DNA of 64,000 bases, from contig NC_042997.1 in the NCBI RefSeq assembly GCF_006345805.1, positions 26,784,001-26,848,000 on the forward strand, in the 5' to 3' direction. Source of the DNA: Octopus sinensis. Lineage: Eukaryota. This document shows, piece after piece, positions 54,251-64,000 of the stretch. The notes under the pieces were generated by a model that had not been told where the DNA came from, searched no databases, and saw nothing but the letters and a program-made list of their open reading frames with translations. Numbering within the stretch: position 1 is the stretch's first letter; the number at the start of each line of letters is the position of its first letter. A program made the position numbers and the translations under genes.

Positions 54251-56964
54251 CGTTACTCATTTCAATAAAACGTACCATTCCTTTAGCCATTTATCAGGGT
54301 GCGGCATCTGTACACACTAATGATTTGCACACTCAACAAAACAGAACGGAAAATAGGTTACATCCGAACTGCGGTTTATGGTGTGGCTCCGACGAGCCTT
54401 TTTCTTCTCCTTCCTTTGTCCCTGCCATCCCTTACAGCCTTTACAGTGTTCAAAGAGTACTGAGCAACAGTCGTGATGTCGGCATATTTTGAAATCCGGT
54501 GCGAATCATCAATTTACAAGAAACTCTTTTCCACTGTTCAAATAGCTTCCAATCCCCCATGATAGCTATCTTTTTCGAACTACAACTTTATTCATGTCTC
54601 CAAAAATGAGCCACAAAACGTTAAATTTAGCCCAAATACCTGATATATATATATATATATACTAGCTGGTGTACCCGGTAATTCCTGGAGTAAAGATGTT
54701 CTACTGAAACACCTTATTGCTCTGATATAAAAAAGCAATTTCGTTATAACTGCCACATAAGGTTTATTTTCCGTCGCGAACAAGTACAAAAAACTATCAG
54801 CTGGAGGAGGGAGAGATTGTTGGAGGTTGGCGAGAAAGTACTCTCACTCGTATGAAGGCTAATTTATTTATAAAGGTGAAATCTATGAAGGTTAATTTAC
54901 TAAAAGTAAAATATAAATGTAGTTTATATGTATATAAATAAATGAATGAAGTGTTCACTGTTTAAGAATGAAATGAAGACAGTGCAATATTACCGTTCCC
55001 ACTCACTAATGGTCGCTCTCAGTAACTGCCTTTAGCTTACAAAGTTCTCGTTTTTATAACTATTGAAAAGCAACCTGAAGGTTAGAAATATTGTTGAGAA
55101 CAAATGATTTCCGTGGAGGTCTATTATCTCCATTCCAGCTCCTGGTGGCTTAGAAGAGGTTACGATGGTCATGTGGCAAAGACATTATTCTGCTTAGCGA
55201 AGTCATCTGGGAATGTATAACTGCTGTTATTCACAGAAAAACTATTGTTTTCCAGTGAGAAAAGCGCTGTTGAAGTGTTAAGTGAAATTTGGCAATTGAT
55301 GATCGTATCCACGCTAATCCAGCATGAAGCCACCGCAAATACGTTGTGGAATAAAAATAAATTATCTACTGTCATGTAAAAATGTAACTGTAAAAATGCA
55401 GGATTATCGGAGTAGTGGACATTCAAAAAGGTATGTATTTATAGAAATGTACGAATGAAGTCTTTAAGGTTTAAGATTCAAATCAAGAAAGTGCAATAAT
55501 AATGATTAGCAGTTCAAAACTGAGTAGTGAAATGCAGAATTATGTCGGCTGATCGTGAGAATCAAATATTGATCGCTTCGCTAAAATCTGCAACTGGTGT
55601 GGGTTATTTCCCTTGGGTTGTTTAAATAAGATATTAGTAATATATAGTAGATAGAAGGATTCACTGGAGGGGCCCTATTGTCGACTTTTTCAACTAAGTA
55701 TGTCACGAGGTTTCCAGACATGAGTTCTACTCACGTGTGAAATAAAGTATAAAGGTGATACTGTCTGCGAAACTTAGAAATTGGACACACAAAAATTCAA
55801 TATTCAAAGTAAGCGAACATAAACAATGAAACCTGTAAAATATTTCTAAATTCGATGGCTCAGTTAGTTTCATGAAAATGTTGTATGGACTGTAAATAAG
55901 CAATAAATATTATTTCTAAAATAAGTATAAGTGATACAGCGTGTCCCAACGGAATGTGGAGTGGAATTTGGTTTAATTTTTTAAAGAATTTTAAGCATTC
56001 AAAGTATATATACCCTTGCTTGGTAGGAGCGGTGTGTTATAACACAGCAGTTGTATATCATATGTTTGCGCCGACAGGAGTCTGCAAGAGACCATAATTT
56101 TGATGCGCAACAATTGTAAGTATTTCTACCTGCTCTGTGATTGTGGTTTACTACTAGTAAGATTGAAATTGTTTGTTTTTAGTGTGGGAGAACCTAAAGC
56201 GTAATTTGTATTTGTATTGAATTAGGAGGTATTAGAGCTAGTATTTGCTGTCGCATAATCTCGGCTGTAGGATTTTGGCTTGAGTTAAGTATTATTTGAA
56301 GTGGGTTATTAAGTATTGTGTTATTGCTAGTATATATACATCAGTGTATCGATGTCTTTCTCTGCTCGTTGAGTGGGGCATATTTGCATGAATTTATGCA
56401 TCTGCTACGACTGAGCTTTCTGAGTTAAATTATTGAATATATACTTGATTTGAACATAGAATAAAGTGTTTTGAGTTTGTATATATATGTATATATTTGA
56501 GAATGGCACGGGAGATCTCTCTATATGGATGACACCAGCCTAGCGTAATTTTTTGTTCGGCACGAAAATATAGGAACTGAAAATATCAAGGACTGGTGAA
56601 ACCGATTGGGCTTCTTTATTCAGCATTTTATTTTGATGCATCAAGATCGATAGCATTTGCTAAGATGCAAAGGCTACAGAAAGCATGTGATTCCGTATAA
56701 TTTGACGCTTTATCTAAGGTTTGCCATTGAATAATTTGGTTTATATTGCTAGTTCTAAAACCTCGGTATATGTTGTACCTTATCATCAATATTGTTATGC
56801 TTAATGTTAGATATCACATGAGAAGTGTATGAAATTTATTTAATATGCATTTTCCCTGGACTGGAATTAATCTCAAAGTAAGAGAACTACATTTTCGTGT
56901 TCTACATTTTGCCCTCTCTATTTAGTAGTATTAATATTTATAAGGTCGTTGACGATATAGGTTG

Positions 56965-57113
56965 AAGCGGGGCTGTGCGGTAAGTACTTTGTTTCCTAAC
57001 CACATAGTTCCGGATTCAGCATCACTACATTGCAACTTGGACAAGTGTATTCTTCTATAGCCCCAGGCTGACAATAGCCTTATGATTGGACTTGGAAGAC
57101 AGAATTGTGTGTT

Positions 57114-57175
<62 letters not shown>

Positions 57176-57400
57176 TACGTGTGTGAGAGTCTTTGGGTGC
57201 GTTTCTTCGTTCTCACCACTAGACAACTGATATTGGTTTATTTACATCTCTGTCAGTTAGCGGTTCGTCAAAAGGCACCGATAGTATAAGTACCAGGCTT
57301 GAAAAGAAAAATAAGTACTGGTACTGAATTGTTCGACTAAATTCATCAAGGCAGTGGCCCAGTATGGCCGCAGTCCAGTGACTGAAACAAATGAATGATA
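56965..57400 (+). mobile_element. Diverged SINE family A with long internal (GT)n
   Basis: gcggggctgtgcggtaagtac...ggacaagtgtattcttctatagcc...(gt)n...ttagcggttcgtcaaaag...ccagtatggccgcagtc. Confidence 0.8.
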
Positions 57401-58049
57401 AGATATTCTCATACTAAAACATAAAAAACATTGAAAAGCAAAAAGAGAAACAGAATCATATAGAAAAGCACAAAGAAGAACACAAACACATAGACCACTT
57501 ACATCATTACCAGTGTGAAAACACATTACATAATCCAAACAGGAATAAAAGGGCACGATTTGCTTCATTACCACATGTTTTTTGCTAAGAAGTATTATAT
57601 AATTTTGAATGAAGAGCATTACCCGAGGAGCCCTGTAATGGCGAGACAACAAGCAATAATGCGTCAACAGATTATCCAGGTGAATAATAAAGATGTATGT
57701 GTATTTATATTGCACTGTGCAATTTTGTATTGATTCTTTCTTATTTAATATTGTGTTTATATACGTATGTGTGTATGTGTATGTGTGAGTGTTTGTGTGT
57801 GCATTAATGTATATATGAGTAAATGTGTCTACATGTATGCACACACACTTGCACAAAGGGACGTGAGGAGGAAGGGCGTGGGGTGTGTGTAATAGAAAGT
57901 TTCATTGATTATTCAGAGCAATAAACTGAGATTAGGATATCCTCCAATATCAGTTGAGTTCTTTTCATCTTATCTCATCTTGTCCTATCTTTTTCATTTC
58001 TTGCTGTCCGATAAAGGAACCCATATACATACATACACACACAAGTGTG

Positions 58050-58055
58050 CCTGTA

Positions 58056-58101
<46 letters not shown>

Positions 58102-58230
58102 CACATACATATGCATATATATGTGTATGTATATATATATATATATATATAGGTATGCATTTATATATATAAGTATATGTGTGTGTGAATGTATATATAT
58201 ATATATATGTCAATGTACGAATCTATATAC

Positions 58231-58293
<63 letters not shown>

Positions 58294-58302
58294 CATGCAT
58301 TG

Positions 58303-58336
<34 letters not shown>

Positions 58337-58377
58337 ATATACACACATATATATATATGCATATATATATATGTATA

Positions 58378-58416
<39 letters not shown>

Positions 58417-58430
58417 CCCACATATACACA
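58050..58430. repeat. (AT)n-rich block
   Basis: Directly visible. Confidence 0.9.
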
Positions 58431-59654
58431 CAAATTTTCACACGCCTTCATTCGTGGATATATAATAATGACCCAACATAAATTCATTTCCTACTCTTCA
58501 TTCTTTGAAATTTGTTTCCTTTTCATTGATAATTTAATATTTCTATTCTGTTTTATATTAAGAGATTATTTATCTACGGTTGTATTAGTTATCAATGATT
58601 ATTAATATATTCTTCTTATATATATATATGTTACTTACATATATTGAGACTAAGGGTTTGTGGTGAAATGACACGATGCAGCTGACAGAATTCCAAAACC
58701 TTGTATATATAATTCAATAATCGATCTTTCGTGAAACATATCATTAGGGTAATTTTTGCAGAAAAACTACTTTTGTGAGGAACAAGCAATTTTGAACTGA
58801 TCGACACATATACTATTTATTTTATTCAAATAGATAACTATTAAACCAGAAAATATATGAATGTTAAATTCGTATATCATTCTTAAAGACACCATCGGGA
58901 AAATGACAGCTTCGAAATTGTAATAAATCAGTATTCTACAAAATCTTCTGTTTCTAATCAACTCCTAACTCACTTATATTGATAATAATGACTTCTAAAA
59001 TTTAGGTACTTTTATAAAACTCTTAATGCTGACAGACAATTTATCTTTTTGTATAATATTGGGCATTTAATACAAAATACAATGAACAAATACATGACAT
59101 TTTTTTAGAGTAATTTGTATCACCTGCATCTTACAGATTGTAAAGAAAAAACCTTATCGTAAAAGCATTAACGAAGCCTACTTACTTACAGATATACATG
59201 TATACACACACACGTACATACACACACAAATACGTACATACATACAAACATACATATATGAGCGTCTGTAGATATGCGAGTATATGCATGAGAAGACATC
59301 CATAAAGCAAACAATACAAATCTGCACTTGTATATACATACAAAAATACCCTGTTGTTGATGTTGAAAGTCTAATAAAGGAGCCTTGGATCTAGGTTAGA
59401 AACCGGATCTTTCTCTTTTGGTCATAAATCTTCAAATAAAACTGAATAATCACGCACCCACGCACACATGCACACACACATACGTACGTACGTACGTACG
59501 TAGGTACATACATACATACATACATACATACATACATACATACATACATACATACATACATACATACATACATACATGTATGTATGTATGTATGTATGTA
59601 TGTATGCTTGTTTAAATGAATGATTTCATGTATGTATATATATATATATATATG

Positions 59655-59872
59655 TATTTCACTACTGCCCACAAGGGGGTAAACACAGAGGGGACAAACG
59701 GATTATGTCGATTACATCGACTCCAGGGCGTAACTGGTACTTAGTTTATCGACCCCGAAAGGATGAAAGGCAAAGTCGACCTCGGCGAATTTGAACTCAG
59801 AACGTAACGGCAGACGAAATACGGCTTCCCCTTTCCGTCCGGCGTGCTAACGAGTCTGCCAGCTCGCCGCCT
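59655..59872 (-). mobile_element. SINE family C
   Basis: cccacaagggggtaaacacagagggg...atcgaccccgaaaggatgaaaggcaaagtcgacc...ctgccagctcgccgcc. Confidence 0.9.
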
Positions 59873-59892
59873 TTCTATATATATGTATGTAT

Positions 59893-60006
<114 letters not shown>

Positions 60007-60524
60007 TATGTATGTATGTATGTATATATATATGTATGTATGTATTTATGTATGTAAATTCGCATGTTTAATTGCTTGACGACAAATTAACAGAAGTAGC
60101 CAGACAGTTATATGTCTATTGATATTGGTGACGTAATTGATAATAAGGGATGGTTAAATCACAACATGTAATCGATCAAATATTTGTATCTCTTTCACTG
60201 ATCTACTCCTGGCATTCTCGAATGTCCACAGTATGAATTTTAATATTGATATTTATTAGTCCTATAGTGCATTTCACTAAAGTATTCTTATAATGTTATT
60301 ATTGGTATTATTAATAAATTTATTATCGTGGCCCGAGAGGAATTCGTATGGCTACAATATTACTTGATATTTGCAATTTGTTGCCCCTACGCTTTGCATA
60401 AGTTATAGGTTACTGTCTGTATTGTATTTATTATTGTATTATATATGTATATATATATATATACATATATATATTAATATACATATATAAATATATATAT
60501 GTTATATATATATATATAATATAT

Positions 60525-60576
<52 letters not shown>

Positions 60577-60622
60577 TATACATATAAAAATATATCAATA
60601 TATATATATGTATGCATGTATG

Positions 60623-60658
<36 letters not shown>

Positions 60659-61490
60659 TATAGATAGATAGACAGGCAATCAGACAGACAGACAGATAGA
60701 TAGATAGATAGAAATATATATTGATATTGATATATATATATAGGTATACATATGTATATGAAGACAGAAGCGTACTATTTCGCACACGCAAATAGGTACA
60801 TATAAATCTCAATAGCAAATAAGATTTATATAGTAATCATATGATTTCGTATTTATCAAGTAGTGTTATTTATGAATTCATGAATACATTGAAACACACA
60901 TATACATTATTTTCATTTTCCTATTAGTATTGAATAAAGTATGTAATATTATAATAATATATTGTATATAAATATGCATGTAGTCATATATATATATATA
61001 TACACACATGTTATGCTACAATATACATCCAAAGTATTTTATTAGATACTAAGAATCTAGTGTATCAAAGAAAAGCAAAGGTTTCCCCATGTTGTTTTGT
61101 AGTTATTTATTCATAAAAAGATTATAGCATATAAGCACGAACGTATAGTTACCGTACATTTTATGCAATGTTTATAAATATATACACATATACACACATA
61201 CATACATACAAACACACACATATATAAACCGAGAAATATAATGAGAAAGATCAGGGAGAACGAAGAGATGGCGAATCGAATACGTAAACAAGTATATGTT
61301 TATAAAAACAGAAATATTTTTTTGTTTTCACTGTTTGTATTAATATGTTAGGATTTTTTGCTAGCCCTGTCTTCATATCCACCAAATCTTGGTGAGGTAA
61401 CTGAAGCGGATGTCATGAAGTTATTTTCGTTTTACTTTTACACTTTTCTTTTCGATATATTTCTGACAAATATCATGTTTTGCGGTTAAT

Positions 61491-61623
61491 ATACATACAT
61501 ACATACATACATACGTGCATACATACATACATACATACAAACATGCATACATACATACATACATACATACATACATACATACATACATACATACATACGT
61601 ACGTACGTACGTACATACATACA

Positions 61624-61650
<27 letters not shown>
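61491..61650. repeat. (TACA)n microsatellite
   Basis: Directly visible; abuts the LINE that follows. Confidence 0.95.
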
Positions 61651-61654
<4 letters not shown>

Positions 61655-62700
61655 GTAGATTGAGCAACATTGTACACGATTGCATTGAGGTCCTAAAAAA
61701 GCACTCTCATCCTGATGATCTCCTATACAGCTCCAAAATAGCTGGATTCTCTTACCTGAGAAAAGACCTGGATGGAAAAGAGAAGACCAGCATACAAAAA
61801 ATAAAGACTATGCATTGGTATGTTGCCCAGAAGCCTGAAGAAGACAGTAGAATTGACACGAAGCGCGGCCTTTCTTGGACACCAGACCACTACATCACAT
61901 CACACTTTGAAGGCTATTCGTTTGCAATTCTGGGACAAGAGATTGTCACAAAGTACCTGGTGAACAAGAGAGACAGTGACGCTCTTGTAATCTCAAGGTG
62001 CAACCGCATGTGCAGACTATGTCATGTTTCTCGAAGACATCACGCATGTGATTAGCAGCCATTCTGAAATGTCATCATGCTACTACCTCCCTATGTGGCA
62101 CAATGTTATCGCGAAAACAACTTACAATACAATCTGCAAAAAGACTCTTCTGAAATATACTTAGAAAAACCCTCTGTTACGGAATACATTCATAAACACC
62201 AACTCAAGGAATACTGGTGGAATATTCCCATTAAAAATTCCGTCGAATGTAAACATAACAGGCCGATTATTGTTGTTTGGGACAGAGAGGCAAAGGTATG
62301 TACTCTCATAGAGGTCAACTACCCTGCAGATATAAATATATCTTTGGAAATGAAAAATAAATAGGATATCTATAGAACTTCTTAGAAACTTCTGTCTACT
62401 ATATCCAGACTATGAATTCATATTCGCACCAATAATAATTGGAGCACTAGGTTTTGTTAGTAAATACTTAAAGGAGTATATAGATAAACAGGGATTTTCA
62501 GAAAGAGAGATCGGCCGGCTAATTCGTACACTACAAGTGCAATCTGTGAGTGGAACAGTAAAAATATGCAAGACTTTTCCCAGATTTCAAATGTGAATTT
62601 CTCTGTGTTACCTACATCCCAATGATGGTGACTTGTATCTTTGTTGGAAACTGGCTCCCTCCTCGGTGGAAGGTATATCATAATTAGAAAATAGAAGATA
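61655..62700 (+). mobile_element. 5'-truncated RLE-type (R4/Dong-like) non-LTR retrotransposon, decayed
   Basis: ITSHFEGYSFAILGQEIVTKYL...CRLC (CCHC knuckle), EYWWNIPIK...KHNRPIIVVWDREAKVCTLIEV (RPD..D.K..-like RLE), then APIIIGALGFVSK...VSGTVKICKTF across frameshifts. Confidence 0.88.
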
Positions 62701-62955
62701 CATGCAACGATATATGAACGTTATAACGTTATTATTCTCAATACTTTCCGATAGATTCAGATAGTATTATGCTAGCTGGCGTTGTGTATGTCACAGGTAA
62801 ACAATTTCTCTCTTTTACACCAACATCCTGTACATAAAGCACTCGGTTAATTGGCGCAAGGGTTTCTGGAATACTAATGTTACGACATTTTATGTCTTGC
62901 CAACCGAAGTATTCCGACTTTTAGGTTTATACATACACAAGCACTCACGCACGCA

Positions 62956-63002
<47 letters not shown>

Positions 63003-63145
63003 CACACACACACATGTATATGTGTATGTATAATATATACAAATATACAAACACACATATATACATATACAAATATGTGTAGATACCTATACGACAGACA
63101 GACAGATAAATAGATAGATATATATATATAGATATAGATATAGAT

Positions 63146-63248
<103 letters not shown>

Positions 63249-63863
63249 CGAGGATTCATATACGTTTGTGCATACACACATATATTCACTGATGCCGAGC
63301 TCTTCTAGCCACAGCCACACAACAGCACAGGAAAAGATTTTATATCGTTCACTCAACCTTAATTATCCAATGCCGAAATGAGATGGTTCCTTTCGTCAAC
63401 AATCGAGATATACATCAGAAACAGTTACAACATACCATTTACTTTAAATCAGCCACATCTAACATCAATGTCACATAATCTGTAATGATCCTGGTGCACT
63501 CTGAAGCACCTCCCAAATGAAATAACATCTGAGTAAAGTCACATTAGGTCATATCTTATTAGCAGCGAACGAATTGTCGCTGTTAGAACGTCTTTTGTAT
63601 AATATGGAAGAACATTACAAGATAATGTATTGTCGCTTTATTTTCCCTATACTATCATTTTCAAAATGAAACCAGGGTTTACTATTCAAGACCCTAAAGT
63701 AGATTCACTTCAAAGACATTTTTATTCCTTTACTCATTTGCCATAGAAATTTAATGATCTACGCATGCCTCTCTGTCCCGTAAACTTCAAGTTATTCGGT
63801 GTTATATGAATTTACTAATTTATACATATAGATTCCAGATTTATAAGCACGATCATACGACAT

Positions 63864-64000
63864 TGTGGAGGCGCAATGGCCCAGTGGTTAGGGCAGCGGA
63901 CTCGCGGTCGTAGGATCGCGGTTTCGATTCCCAGACCGGGCGTTGTGAGTGTTTATTGAGCGAAAACACCTAAAGCCCCACGAGGCTCCGGCAGGGATGG
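63864..64000 (+). mobile_element. SINE family B head, cut by the window end
   Basis: ggaggcgcaatggcccagtggttagggcagcggactcgcggtcgtaggatcgcggtttcgattcccagaccggg. Confidence 0.92.

Noticed and set aside
63867-63940. Functional tRNA-Arg gene (also 14970-15039 and 33105-33174)
   Set aside because: The tRNA-like sequence continues into a SINE body with TSDs; these are SINE heads.

Overview
This is an AT-rich, microsatellite-dense animal genomic window with no long ORF. Its tRNA-derived SINE families resemble, from memory, the OK/OR families of Octopus, so an octopod origin is an inference. Almost every ORF in the supplied track is an artefact of (AT)n, (GT)n, (TACA)n, (GATA)n or (AAT)n repeats. 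The recognisable content is decayed mobile DNA: three or four SINE families (several copies with target-site duplications), mariner relics and MITEs, RTE, CR1-like, L1/Tx1-like and R4/Dong-like (RLE) LINE fragments, and three Penelope GIY-YIG fragments. A few short segments with good splice signals may be exons of an unidentified long-intron gene. The most notable structures are: (1) hammerhead-ribozyme-like cores in five unrelated repeat contexts, two of them in fold-back insertions; (2) a near-perfect inverted repeat with 395-bp arms in unique-looking DNA; (3) a 430-bp direct duplication bracketing a truncated SINE like a giant TSD; (4) a palindromic MITE carrying (CCCTAA)7. All alignments and folds were done by eye. 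Single-base interruptions in the AT runs suggest long-read assembly noise.
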